44,967 nt of DNA, from contig CAVSWE010000003.1 of NCBI GenBank assembly GCA_963731595.1, positions 300,948 through 345,914 of the forward strand, read 5' to 3'. The DNA is from an uncultured delta proteobacterium (GTDB lineage Bacteria > Myxococcota_A > Polyangia > Polyangiales > Polyangiaceae). Under the pieces are notes generated by a model. The model saw only the letters and a program-made list of their open reading frames with translations. It was not told the DNA's origin and made no database searches. A program made the translations under genes and the position numbers. Positions 29,157 to 39,380 of this stretch are shown here, piece after piece. Every line of letters starts with the position of its first letter. The stretch's first letter is position 1.

Positions 29157-29522
29157 TGGCGAGCATCGTTGCGGGGCCCGGCGCCTAAGCGACGGGCTTA
29201 GTCTTACTCTCTAAGCAGCTCCGATATTGAATGCGTGCGCTAGCGTACAGACGCAACTGGGTATCGCGCCTATCTTTCGCATAAGAGGGGAAGGGCATCT
29301 TTCTCGCTAAGGGGCCGCTATTTCGATTCGCTTGACACTGAGGGTCATTGAGCTACAAGAAGTGCACTCTTCGTGCTTTAGCCTTTGAAGGGCCGATGAA
29401 AATCTCGCTCGCTGTACTTCGTAACGGTAGCACGGGAGACCGCGTGTCGCGGCTGGGATTCTCGTCCCGGCCGCATTTTCGTCCGTTCGTGCGCCCACGG
29501 TTTGCGACGAGAGGCCAAACCA

Positions 29523-30161
29523 ATGACAGACCAAAAACATACTAATAGGGTGTTGGCAAGCATTCCGCCAAAGGAGTATCAGCGATTACGGGCTCAACTC
29601 GAGCCGGTTACCCTGAGATTCGGGCAGGTACTCTACCAGCCAGGAAAACCGATTCAGCATGTCTACTTTCCCGTCGACTGCCTAATTTCCCTGCTTACGG
29701 CGGTCGACAAACGCCGGACGCTTGAGGTCGGCATGGTTGGCAACGAAGGCATGGCCGGGATGCCCTTCATCCTGGGGATTGGAGTCTCCGGAGTCCGCGC
29801 TCTTGTACAGGGCGGCGGCAACGCGCTTCGCATGGACGCGGCACATTTTCGTATCGAGTTCGACCGCAATCCACCATTGCAGCAGGCGCTCTACCGATAT
29901 ACGTATGCATTGATGGCGCAGATCTCGCAAACTGCGGCGTGCAACCGTTTTCACGAGACCGAAGCGCGCGTGGCCCGGTGGCTTTTGATGACCCGCGACC
30001 GCGTGGGATCGGACGAGTTTCCACTGACGCACGAATTTCTTGCGCATATGTTGGGCTTGCGGCGCGTGGGGGTCACGGAGGCCGCCAGCGCACTCAAGCG
30101 GCGCAAGCTAATCGGTTATAGCCGAGGCAAGATACACGATCCTAGATACCAAGGGGCTTAA
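29523..30161 (+). CDS. Crp/Fnr-family transcriptional regulator (paralog B)
   Basis: ..LEPVTLRFGQVLYQPGKPIQHVYFPVDCLISLL..GNEGMAGM.. with a C-terminal HTH (EFLAHMLGLRRVGVTEAASALKRRKLI). It parallels the regulator at 27669 motif by motif. Confidence 0.8.
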   Translation: MTDQKHTNRVLASIPPKEYQRLRAQLEPVTLRFGQVLYQPGKPIQHVYFPVDCLISLLTAVDKRRTLEVGMVGNEGMAGMPFILGIGVSGVRALVQGGGNALRMDAAHFRIEFDRNPPLQQALYRYTYALMAQISQTAACNRFHETEARVARWLLMTRDRVGSDEFPLTHEFLAHMLGLRRVGVTEAASALKRRKLIGYSRGKIHDPRYQGA

Positions 30162-30408
30162 GGCGGCGTCTTGCTCGTGCTATCAAGCCGTAAAGACGGT
30201 GTACGACCGCGCGCAGAACGCCAACGGCGTGAGACAAGGGCCACGTCGTCGTGTCGGCAATTCCGGACGGCACCACATCGCCAACGAGAAGCGATTGGCG
30301 TCGTAGGCACACGCCGCCCGCAAACGCCGTCGCTAGCCGCCGCCCCGGATCCCAACACGCTTCGGTGTCCAGGAACAACAAGCTCACGATATCACGCGGC
30401 GTCACTGC

Positions 30409-30993
30409 TCACCTCGACGCCACCACAAAGCGATCGGCGCTCATACGCAGCCAGGCACCGCCGGGATCGACGTCGTACGCGCGCGCCCACGCAGCAGCGT
30501 CGGTGTCGCCGTCGACATGAAATCCGTGGCGCGCTAGTAGCGCCGCCATCTCCTCCGGGCGATATCGCGATCGAAACGGCTCGCGGAGGAGCGCGGCGAG
30601 GAGGCCAGTAAAGCGGGTGGACCACTTCGGTTTGTTGTAGTGCACGAGCACGCGACTCTTCGGCGCCGAGCGTAGCTGGACCACGGCGAACGTGGCAGCG
30701 ACGGCGGCGGGCTCGAGGTACATGATCACGCCCTCCCAGACCCACGTCGTCGGGCACGACGGATCGTGTCCGGCGTCCTCGAGCGCGCCATCGAGTGCGT
30801 CGCGGGTGAAGTCGAACGGGACGAAGCGCACTTCGCGCGCCGCGACAGGAAAAGCCGCGATGCGTTCGCGCTTCTCCTTCTGCGTGTCGGGATGATCGAC
30901 CTCGAAGACGACACTGTCGGAGAGCTCCTTCATGCGCCAGGCGCGTCCGTCGAGGCCCACGCCGAGGATCACAATCTGCGCGCCCGGGTTCAT
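30409..30993 (-). CDS. class I SAM-dependent methyltransferase of the LCMT/TcmP-like family, apparently N-terminally truncated
   Basis: MNPGAQIVILGVGLDGRAWRM..VVFEVDHPDTQKEKRERIA..RFVPFDFTRD..TWVWEGVIMYLEPAAV are SAM-binding motifs I and post-I of this family. The expected ~70-aa N-terminal helical region is missing: upstream sequence in frame is the antisense of the convincing ChaN gene. Confidence 0.5.
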   Translation of the reverse strand: MNPGAQIVILGVGLDGRAWRMKELSDSVVFEVDHPDTQKEKRERIAAFPVAAREVRFVPFDFTRDALDGALEDAGHDPSCPTTWVWEGVIMYLEPAAVAATFAVVQLRSAPKSRVLVHYNKPKWSTRFTGLLAALLREPFRSRYRPEEMAALLARHGFHVDGDTDAAAWARAYDVDPGGAWLRMSADRFVVASR

Positions 30994-31056
30994 CGTGCCT
31001 GGGACGAATTGCTGAGTGTGACAGGCCGAATCCAGAGCGCGATGTACACTGGTCGC

Positions 31057-31944
31057 ATGTTCCGAGCACGCCTCGGATTGGAAGTCGCCGCCTGTTTGCT
31101 TTGGCTGACCCCGGCTGCCGGTGCCTTGGCAGCAGCGGTTGAGCTTAACCCGACCCCTGGCGCACTGGTGCAGGCGATGCAAGGCCACCGCGTCGTCCTG
31201 CTCGGGGAGGTACACGACAATGCCGCACAACACGCGCTGCGAGCCGCGGCCTTGCGCCAATGGGTCCTGCAGGGCGCTCGTCCCGCTCTCGCGTTCGAGC
31301 AGTTCGACCGGGAACGTCAGGCCGACATCGAACGCGCCCGGCGCGAACGGCCAACCGACGCCGATTACCTCATCGCGCAAGCCAAGAGCGGCGGCGACTG
31401 GCGCTGGGAATCCTACCGTCCGTTCGTGGCTTTGGCGCTCGAATATGGACTACCGATCGTCGCCGCGAATCTGTCTCGCGGCGAGGCGATGCAGGTGGCA
31501 AAGGACGGCTGGCCTGCGCTTTTCGATTCGGCGACACGCAGCGCTCTTGCGCTCGACGCGCTACCCGCCGACTTCTGGCACAAACACGAGGATGCGATTG
31601 CCCTCGGCCATTGCAACTTGCTCTCGGCAGAAGAGCTGCCGGCCCTGGCGCGCGCACAAATGGCGCGCGACATCGTCATAGCGCGTTCGATCCGCCCTTA
31701 CATCGACCGGGGCGTCGTGCTCTTGACCGGAAATGGTCATGTGCGTCGTGACATCGGAGTTCCATTCTGGCTACCGGCTGATGCTGCGCAGAGTGCGCTT
31801 AGTATTGGCATGCTTGAGCGCGACGACGGATTGGCGTCCGAGTCCGCGGACGAATTCGATGCCTATGTAATCACCGAACGCGCCCAGCGAACGGACCCCT
31901 GCATAGGACTGACAAGAGACCTCAAGCATGCCACTTCGCCATGA
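31057..31944 (+). CDS. ChaN-family (haem-binding/iron-uptake, DUF399) lipoprotein
   Basis: It has a signal peptide (MFRARLGLEVAACLLWLTPAAGALA) and the ChaN signature VVLLGEVHDNAAQHALRAAAL..ALAFEQF, plus the later ..LTGNGHVRRDIGVP.. . An alternative start is ATG 31042. Confidence 0.7.
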   Translation: MFRARLGLEVAACLLWLTPAAGALAAAVELNPTPGALVQAMQGHRVVLLGEVHDNAAQHALRAAALRQWVLQGARPALAFEQFDRERQADIERARRERPTDADYLIAQAKSGGDWRWESYRPFVALALEYGLPIVAANLSRGEAMQVAKDGWPALFDSATRSALALDALPADFWHKHEDAIALGHCNLLSAEELPALARAQMARDIVIARSIRPYIDRGVVLLTGNGHVRRDIGVPFWLPADAAQSALSIGMLERDDGLASESADEFDAYVITERAQRTDPCIGLTRDLKHATSP

Positions 31945-32197
31945 GCGCAGGACAATCCCCTTCGGTACTAAGCGCGGAAGTCGAAGTGCGACGGACGAAG
32001 TGCCGAGCGTGACGCGCTCAATATGAAGAATTTCGCGCGAAGAAAGGCCGCGTCGCGCTCACTGGCTCCATATGGTTAAACAAGCCTGCCGTCGAATGCG
32101 TGCCAAGAACCCCGTACGACGAATGAGGTATAAAGAACCGGTTGAGTTCGTTCGTAGAGCACCCGACTACATCGATCCAAGAATGTCGGACCGTCTA

Positions 32198-32731
32198 ATG
32201 TCTCTCAAAACCGCTTGGCGGCTTATTTGCGTGGCCATGTTGTGGACCGGGGCTTGGATCTGCCATGCGCAGATGCATAGTGGAGAACTGAAGACCATTG
32301 CTATCCTTGAATTTGATCTTGTAGATGATCAGCACGAGCTTTCTCCTGCAACCGTCGAATATCAGCGTCTGACCGCAATCCATGACCAGTTGCAAGACGA
32401 GTTCGCCAAAAACGGTCTGTATCGCATCATCGACGTGGGACCAGCCACGGAGCTAATCAAGGTGCATCAATCCAGGTCCCAGCTACGTGAATGCAATGGT
32501 TGCGAGCTTGACATAGCTCGCTCGTTGCAAGCCGATCGGGTCTTGATTGGCTGGGTCCAGAAGGTGAGCAATCTGATTGTCAATATCAACATTCAGATTG
32601 AAGATGCGGCAACCGGCGCGATATTGCTGAACAAATCGGTCGACTTGCGCGGCAATACGGACGAGTCTTGGGGACGCGGCGTCTCCTATATCGTCAAAAG
32701 CATGATCGAGAAAAACCAAGGCAATCTTTGA
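32198..32731 (+). CDS. DUF2380/DUF3280-like periplasmic protein
   Basis: Signal peptide MSLKTAWRLICVAMLWTGAWICHAQ. Body ..TIAILEFDLVDDQHELSPATVEYQRLTAI..GLYRIIDVGPATELIKVHQSRSQLRECNGCELDIARSLQADRVLIGWVQKVSNLIVNINIQIEDAATGAIL is the pattern of this family, which commonly sits next to Sel1/TPR proteins. Confidence 0.55.
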   Translation: MSLKTAWRLICVAMLWTGAWICHAQMHSGELKTIAILEFDLVDDQHELSPATVEYQRLTAIHDQLQDEFAKNGLYRIIDVGPATELIKVHQSRSQLRECNGCELDIARSLQADRVLIGWVQKVSNLIVNINIQIEDAATGAILLNKSVDLRGNTDESWGRGVSYIVKSMIEKNQGNL

Positions 32732-32905
32732 CAAAACAATCCCGGTAAGTAGATCAGGTCGGTCGACGTCCTGAGCACCGGGTACTAAGTGCCTCGCGCC
32801 AAGTGCGTCGTGCTTCGAGCGACAACGCCGATGAGATTTGACGCTGATCAAAGCTAGGAATATGGTTGCCGAGAGATTGATGTTTCGGAACCCTTGGCGC
32901 TGCCG

Positions 32906-34516
32906 ATGAACCTTGCACGTGTCGCCTGTCTCACTGCTTTTGTCCTGGCAGGCTCGATTTCAATTAACTCGGCCGCGGGTCCGTCCGAGGATGCGGATGC
33001 CGCCTTCAAAAATGGTGACTACGCAACCGCGCTTCGCTTATCGCGTGAGTTGGCCGAACAGGGTGAAGCCTTTGCCCAATCTCGTCTCGGCGTGATGTAC
33101 CGCGACGGTCGTGGTGTGTTGCGGGACGATCAGCAGGCGGTGGAGTGGTTTCGCAAGGCGGCCGAGCAAGGCAGGGCAAACGCCCAAGACAATCTCGGTG
33201 GCATGTACGAAACGGGCCGCGGCGTCGCCAAGGACGACGCGGAGGCGGTCAAGTGGTATCGCAAAGCAACGGAGCAAGGCAATGCCATCGGCCAAGCCAA
33301 GCTCGGCTACATGTACGAAACCGGCCGTGGCGTCGCCAAGGATGAGGCGCAAGCGGTCGAGTGGTACCGCAAAGCTGCCGAACAGGGCAACACGATCGCC
33401 CAGACCAATCTTGGCTACATGTATGAAACCGGCCGCGGTGGTCTGCCACAGGATGATACGCAGGCGGTTATGTGGTTTCGCAAGGCCGCCGAGCAAGGTA
33501 ATACGATTGGTCAATCTCGTCTCGGAGCGATGTACCACGAGGGCCGGGGTGGTCTGCCGCAGGATGATAAGCAGGCGGTTGAGTGGTATCGCAAAGCGGC
33601 CGCGCAAGGTGACACAAACGCTAAGAACGTCCTAGCTTCGGTTGAACAAAGAGGCCACGAGGATGCTGACCTATCTCGCACGGTCGCGGACCTCGTCAAG
33701 GCGAACGAGAAAGACCTTCCCACCACACCAGTTGCCGACACCGAGCGCGCCGCCCTCGCCCACGAAATCACTGAAGCTACTCACGCACGCGAGATACTGT
33801 CCAATATGCCGGCGGATATCAAAGGGGGGTGGGATCCTGCAAACCCAGCCTCGAAGCTCCCACCGAAGCTGTTGGACGCGCTTCGCGCCACAGCCCTTGC
33901 TACGTTCCAGCCCGACCCGATCCTGACTTCCTTCGAGCAAAAATTGGCCGAAACGCTCGATGCTTCGACGTTGCTGATTGGGTTGCAGTGGGAGCGCTCC
34001 GACCTTGGACAGCATATGACCCGCCTTCAGCTCGAAGCGAAAGGGCCTGAACAACGCGCCGCTTACAAGGAGTTCGCTCGCCAATTCCTAAGCCAGGGCG
34101 GCATGGTCAATGACGGGCGCGCGCGCGCCTGCGCACAGGCAGACGTCCTCGAGAACAATACGGAGGTCATGCTCCCCTTTCTTGAAGCGGTCGCCACTGG
34201 CGGAATCATGGCGGCACTCACCCAACAGGGAAGGCCCCTAGATATGAAGGAAATAGAGCGTGCCATCGTCAAGATAAGGCCGCTGTTGCGCGAATCGGCG
34301 CGTCAAGGAGCGTTGGCGAGCTGCCTGTTCCAAAGCCGGGAGCTGACCGACACGGAGCTGGAGCAGTGGGTCGAATTCTTGCGCAGCGATGCCGGGGGGC
34401 GCTACGCACGGGGAACAAATGCGGCGATGAGGGATGCTCTGCTTGCACGGGCCGAAATCTTCACCCGCGTGATGCTTGAAATGGCGCGGCAACTCAAGGG
34501 GCGTGCAGAATCCTGA
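32906..34516 (+). CDS. secreted Sel1-repeat (TPR-like) protein with a ~300-aa C-terminal domain of unknown function
   Basis: Signal peptide, then at least 5 tandem Sel1 repeats (AQ.NLG.MYE.GRGV.KD...AVEWYRKAAEQGN...). The C-terminal domain (..LIGLQWERSDLGQHMTRLQLEAKGPEQRAAYKEFARQF..) has no recognisable motif. Confidence 0.8.
   Translation: MNLARVACLTAFVLAGSISINSAAGPSEDADAAFKNGDYATALRLSRELAEQGEAFAQSRLGVMYRDGRGVLRDDQQAVEWFRKAAEQGRANAQDNLGGMYETGRGVAKDDAEAVKWYRKATEQGNAIGQAKLGYMYETGRGVAKDEAQAVEWYRKAAEQGNTIAQTNLGYMYETGRGGLPQDDTQAVMWFRKAAEQGNTIGQSRLGAMYHEGRGGLPQDDKQAVEWYRKAAAQGDTNAKNVLASVEQRGHEDADLSRTVADLVKANEKDLPTTPVADTERAALAHEITEATHAREILSNMPADIKGGWDPANPASKLPPKLLDALRATALATFQPDPILTSFEQKLAETLDASTLLIGLQWERSDLGQHMTRLQLEAKGPEQRAAYKEFARQFLSQGGMVNDGRARACAQADVLENNTEVMLPFLEAVATGGIMAALTQQGRPLDMKEIERAIVKIRPLLRESARQGALASCLFQSRELTDTELEQWVEFLRSDAGGRYARGTNAAMRDALLARAEIFTRVMLEMARQLKGRAES
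33040..33620. repeat. tandem ~108-bp coding repeats (Sel1 repeat units) inside the gene at 32906..34516
   Basis: Near-identical DNA units appear on the + strand, e.g. ggctacatgtacgaaaccggccg...gagtggtaccgcaaagc..gaacagggcaa recurs five times. The long minus-strand ORFs here (33038..33607) are antisense artefacts. Confidence 0.7.
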
Positions 34517-34779
34517 GGACGCATGTACGGTCTTGACCGCGACGCAGTGCCGGTAGCGATCCTCGGGTGCGTCGCTGCACAGAAGCGCGCAGAAGCTAAA
34601 CAAACCCCGCTCGGAAGGCGAGGTCCTCGCACCTGGCACGGCGCACTGAGTTCTTAGCCGTCGTGCGAAGTGCTCCGAGCTCTGAACTGCGAATGACGCG
34701 CGGTTGCATCAACGGGTCCATCGCTCCCGGCTGGCGTTGAGGCGTGTACCATGAGACTGTTATTCGCAGAGCGGCGATC

Positions 34780-35349
34780 ATGAACACGAAAGCAAGGCTC
34801 GACGAAGCCAGCGCTCGTAGGATCGCGGCGGGGCGCTTAGCAGCGATTCAAGACCGCATAGTTGCTGGACTCGGGGCGCTGGGCCCACTACCAACGAAGC
34901 CCATAGCGCGAGAGCAGAGGATGACCGCTGTTCTCAGACGGGCATTCGGTGACTGGCTGCTTGGCGTAAGGCAATGGGGTCGTAGGACGGGGTATCTGGT
35001 TGCGCAACCCAGTGACCCGGACGGTTGGATTGCAATCGTACTTATCATGTATAACGCCCGCAGCGACCGAAAGCAATTCTGGGTCTTGGCGAGCATTTCG
35101 GCGCACGCCACCGCTCGGCTCTTAGAACGGCGGCGCGACGTGAACCTAGAGCGGATTCTTGAAGAGGAACTGGGCGGCGCGGCAGCGTTAATTGAGTTCG
35201 CCGTAAGGTTCTGCCTAAATAAACTTAGCGATGAAGAAGCGCGCCAGACCAGTTTCGTATTTAGCACGACAAATGGCGAATTCCGACTGACGCGCGACGG
35301 TGATTCGCTAGTCGCGACGACTTGGGTGCCCAAGAAGGCAGGGTCATAG
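34780..35349 (+). CDS. hypothetical protein
   Basis: 190-aa ORF (MNTKARLDEASARRIAAGRLAAIQDRIVAGLGALGPLPTKPIAREQRMTAVLRRAFG...) with coding-like composition and no recognisable motif. Confidence 0.35.
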   Translation: MNTKARLDEASARRIAAGRLAAIQDRIVAGLGALGPLPTKPIAREQRMTAVLRRAFGDWLLGVRQWGRRTGYLVAQPSDPDGWIAIVLIMYNARSDRKQFWVLASISAHATARLLERRRDVNLERILEEELGGAAALIEFAVRFCLNKLSDEEARQTSFVFSTTNGEFRLTRDGDSLVATTWVPKKAGS

Positions 35350-35465
35350 GGAGTCTGCCCGGGCTCGCACTTGGTAGCGAGTCTCCGCACTTTGTACCTG
35401 GTGCTTCGAAGAACCATTTCGTATAACGATCAAGCATCCTCGACTCGCTTACGAAGCGGTGCCCA

Positions 35466-36041
35466 ATGAATGGAAAGATCATTCTAGTCAATGGTGCGTC
35501 GAGCTCGGGGAAGTCGACGTTCTGTCGGGCTCTTCAGGCACGCCTCGATGAACCCTTTTGGCATTTCTCAATTGATCACTTACGTGGTGCCGGCATCTTG
35601 CCTACGGCGCGCATCGAGAAGGGGGACTTTTCTTGGTCTGGAATGCGGCCAGCATTCTTCGAAGGATTTCACCGCTGCTTGCCAGCACTCGCCGAAGCCG
35701 GCAATAACCTAATCGTCGAGCACATCATTGAGACCAAGGCGTGGATGTCTCGCCTTACACACCTCCTTGAGTCATTTGACGTGTTCTTTGTTGGACTTCA
35801 TTGCCCACTTTCCGAGCTTGAGAAGCGCGAACTTCAACGCGGCGACCGACGGACAGGCGAAGCCCGCCAAGACTACGACGTGGTGCATACATTCGGGACC
35901 TATGACCACGAAATTAACTCGATCCAACTGCCTGAGGACAACGTCAATGAAGTGCTTAAGATGTGGCAGTTGCGAACGCTACCGTCCGCTATGGATAGGA
36001 TGCTGGCCGCCGAACGGCGAGCTATTCAAAATGCGCCCTAA
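35466..36041 (+). CDS. chloramphenicol-phosphotransferase-like (CPT family) P-loop kinase
   Basis: MNGKIILVNGASSSGKSTFCRALQ has the CPT-family N-terminal Walker A in its typical context. The ~190-aa size fits. Confidence 0.7.
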   Translation: MNGKIILVNGASSSGKSTFCRALQARLDEPFWHFSIDHLRGAGILPTARIEKGDFSWSGMRPAFFEGFHRCLPALAEAGNNLIVEHIIETKAWMSRLTHLLESFDVFFVGLHCPLSELEKRELQRGDRRTGEARQDYDVVHTFGTYDHEINSIQLPEDNVNEVLKMWQLRTLPSAMDRMLAAERRAIQNAP

Positions 36042-36285
36042 CCACGCCATTGTGCCGATCCCAACGGACGACCAGAAAGGCCACCTACGGAAAGAGCTTT
36101 AGGACTGCTCGGGGTCGGTTCGGGACTGTCGATGAATAGGCGGCTCTCGAGTAGCAGACAGCCGCGAATTCGAGCTCGCGGGAATTGCAGTGCACGTGGG
36201 CGCGCGGATTGCCGCGACGGCGCATGCCGGCGAGGTAGTCGTGTCGAGCACCGTGCGCGATCTTGTTGCCGGCTCAGGGCTCGAG

Positions 36286-36576
36286 CTAATGCCACATCAG
36301 CTCAACGTTGCGCTGGGCTTCCATCTCCAGCCGACGCGTCGACTGGATCCGGTTCAGGTAACCGTAGATGTACAGCTTGAGCAGAACGGAGGGGTGGTAC
36401 GCGGGCCGACCGGTCACCGCCGGGTCGATGCTCTTGAATCCCAGGCTGCGTAGCTCGAGTTCCTCGATAAAGGCTTCTACCACTCGGACCGGATTGTCCT
36501 CTGCAACGTAGTCGTCCAACGATTCCGGTAGTAAAGTGCCCTGGGTGCGGTCCACGCCTTCAATGAATCGCTTCAT
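36286..36576 (-). mobile_element. IS5/IS1182-family transposase N-terminal remnant (first ~95 aa only)
   Basis: MKRFIEGVDRTQGTLLPESLDDYVAEDNPVRVVEAFIEELELRSLGFKSIDPAVTGRPAYHPSVLLKLYIYGYLNRIQSTRRLE is a canonical IS5-family transposase N-terminus. It stops after ~95 aa with no continuation in any frame. Confidence 0.7.
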
Positions 36577-36837
36577 AGGCTGCCCTCCGATACGCTTTAT
36601 CTACTTATAGAACATCTTTACGTTTTTACACAGGCTCGGCCAGGTGCAGACGGTCAGGGGCGCCGTCCAATTTCCCTGGAACCGGACACTCATCTCGGGC
36701 CTGCTTTGCTGGGGCGCGCACGGCATGAACTGGCCCCGTCCGCAACGACATGTAGGCCGCCGGTGCGGCAGGGCGTTCGGGAGGTAGGCCCCTGGAAATG
36801 ATTCGCCTACTAACGCCCTCGGTCCGACTTAGTAACG

Positions 36838-38010
36838 CTACTTTATCTGGTCAAACGCCCAATTGGGGATATCGCCGAGATTGGGAGGAACGGTCAACCA
36901 ATGGTCGGGCTGCTTCGCAAGCGCACGCCCCGCATCAAATGCTGCACGCATCTGTTTCGGATCAAAGGCGAGCGGGTCTTTACCGACGTTTACGTTGTCG
37001 GGAATCGCAACCATTTTGAAGTTGTAGCCTAGAAACTTGGCTCCGAAATAGGACCGCGTCATAGCCGTCAGCATAGACTGGTCCATCATCACGCTGACGG
37101 TCGTGGCTGCCACGGGCCCGATGGCCCTGCGCAAAGCCTCGGGCGGGTTATGAAGCCTACCGTTGTCAACCAGGTACACGTTACCTGGACCATATAGTGG
37201 AGGCGGGGGGCGCTCGGTCCCACCCAACCCTGCGATGACAACATTCGAACGGGCGGCCCCGTCGACGAACAGATGACCATCGATTTCCACCGGCGGAAAG
37301 ACGATGGGGAACGATGCAGAGGCGAGCAATACGTCACGATAAAGCGCGAGGTTTCCGTCCTTGGCGATCGCCGACATATTCCAGACCCAGGTCTGGCCGT
37401 AATCGATGTTGGTCGTGCCAACAAGCAGAATCCGGTTGTCGTCGTACGCGGCAGCCACGCGCTTTAACGTCTCCGCGGTAATGTGTTTAGCGATGAGTGC
37501 TCGCAGCGGCGTGGTGTCTGAGAGCGAATCAGCGCCGAACGCGAGGCTCAAGATCCCTCTTTCATTATGAACGTCTTTCTTGGTGATTTGCGTGTACATC
37601 TCTTCGAGCTGCGCATCGTCAGCCGGGGTGCCGAGCAGAGCGTGCGTCGCCAGTAAAGCTCCGGTGCTCACGCCGCCGACCATATCGAACTCGGGTCGTT
37701 GACCGCTTTCGCGCCAACCAAGCAAGAAGCCGGCCCCAAAGGCGCCGTTCTCGCCACCGCCTGAGAGGGACAGAATATTGAGCGCGCGCCCGTGCTTGCG
37801 CTCCATCTGACGGATAAGATTCGTGTCTCCCGCCGCAGCCGCGGCGTAGAGGGGCGAAAGCTGGTCCGGATTCAGCGGAGCGTGCCCATTTGGCAGCGTG
37901 GCATATGACGGAGCCTTTTGTGAAAGCACCCGTTCCGGAGCCGATGCACATCCCGCGAGCAGCACCGCTGCCACAACACCTACGAAAATAATCAGCTTTC
38001 TGTCTCTCAT
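36838..38010 (-). CDS. patatin-like phospholipase family lipoprotein
   Basis: It has a lipobox (LLAGCAS), the oxyanion motif GGGENGAFGAGFL, the serine lipase motif GVSTGAL (GxSxG), and the DGA/DGG catalytic Asp region (FVDGAARSN). Confidence 0.8.
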   Translation of the reverse strand: MRDRKLIIFVGVVAAVLLAGCASAPERVLSQKAPSYATLPNGHAPLNPDQLSPLYAAAAAGDTNLIRQMERKHGRALNILSLSGGGENGAFGAGFLLGWRESGQRPEFDMVGGVSTGALLATHALLGTPADDAQLEEMYTQITKKDVHNERGILSLAFGADSLSDTTPLRALIAKHITAETLKRVAAAYDDNRILLVGTTNIDYGQTWVWNMSAIAKDGNLALYRDVLLASASFPIVFPPVEIDGHLFVDGAARSNVVIAGLGGTERPPPPLYGPGNVYLVDNGRLHNPPEALRRAIGPVAATTVSVMMDQSMLTAMTRSYFGAKFLGYNFKMVAIPDNVNVGKDPLAFDPKQMRAAFDAGRALAKQPDHWLTVPPNLGDIPNWAFDQIK

Positions 38011-38308
38011 ATTCAGGTCCGTTCTGCTCATCAGGAAGCAAGTTTCTTCAGCGCAATCTGCGAATGATAATCATGTAGCCGGCCTCCTCGCCGCGGTTAA
38101 GCGGCGGGGTTAAAGTCAATTTGCGAAATGGACTTTGACCCAAAGGAGACCGACATGAAATATTGTGGCATAGATATTGTGGCATAGACCGCTTGTCTAG
38201 CAGCCTGATGCAAAACTGGACATTTCTCGATTATCGGCTACCTTGTGAATAAGGTCCGACTCCGAGAAAGAAACACAATGCGCGGTCATCAGGAACCTCA
38301 AGAGTCAG

Positions 38309-39380
38309 ATGTTTAGTTACTTCTCGCCGGAGTCGCGGGTGCCGGTGGATCATCCGCTGCGCAGCATCAAGGCGCTACGCCGATCCGGGTGCTCAAGGAG
38401 CTGTACGCGGGACTTCGATGCACTGTACGCGAGACACGGGCCGGCCCTCGATTCCGCCGGAGCGACTGCTCGAAGGGCCAGTCTGCTGATCGCGCTGTAT
38501 TCGGTGCGCTCGGACCGGCATGTTCTGCCAGATGCTCGACTACAACATCCTGTTTCGCTGGTTCCTGGACATGAGCCTGGAGGATGCGGGGCTTGGACCA
38601 GTCGAACTTCTCGCGCCTGCGCGAGCGGCTGGTCGATAGCGAGGATCTGGCGCAGCGCTTCTTCGATGCGATCGTGAAGGTCGCGCGCGCGAGGGAGCTG
38701 CTGTCCTCGGAGCACCTGACGGTGGACGGCACGCTGATCGAGGCGTGGGCGGGAGCCAAGAGCTTCAAGCCCAAGGACGGACCGCCGCCGGCGCTCGGAC
38801 GGTCGAGGCGGAGTCAATTTCCGCGGCGAGCACCGCGCACCAACGACACCCATGCTTCGACGACCGATCCGGAAGCCAAGTCCGCCCGCAAAGGCAAAGG
38901 CAAGGAAGCCAAGCTGTGCTTTGGCGGCCATGCGCTCATGGAGAACCGCAACGGACTGTGCGTCGATATCCGGATGAGTTCGGCGCTCGAGACCGAGACC
39001 GCGCGGCCGAGGCAGCTGCTGAAGCGCCAGCGACGCAAGCGGCTGAAGCCGACCAGCGCTGGGCGCCGACAAGGGCTACCACAGCAAGGCATTTCGTGCG
39101 CATTTCCTGCGCCGCCGAGGCATCCGCCCGCACATGGCGCAGATCGAAGGGCGCAACACGCCAGGGCTGGATGCACGCACCACGCGTCATGCGAGTTACA
39201 GCGATGAGCCAGACGAAAGCGCAAGCGCGTCGAAGAGATCTTCGGCTGGATGAAAGCGTACGGCGGACTGCGCCGCACGCTGCTTCCGTGGCCTGCGCCC
39301 GCGTGCAGCTGCACGCCTACCTCGTCGGTGCGGCCTACAACCTGCTGCGGCTCACTCGATTGCGGCCGCTTACAGGGTAG
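38309..39380 (+). mobile_element. IS5-family transposase gene, frameshifted into about 3 pieces
   Basis: MFSYFSPESRVPVDHPLRSIKAL.. / ..QRFFDAIVKVARARELLSSEHLTVDGTLIEAWAGAKSFKPKDGPPP..NDTHASTTDPEAKSARKGKGKEAKLCFGGHALMENRNGLCVDIRMSSALETE..LLKRQRRKRLKP / ..KGYHSKAFRAHFLRR..RTARTWRRSKGATRQGWMHAPRV..AAHAASVACARVQLHAYLVGAAYNLLRLTRLRPLTG. These pieces match IS5-family (IS427/IS903 group) transposases across three frames. Inverted repeats could not be identified. Confidence 0.75.
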
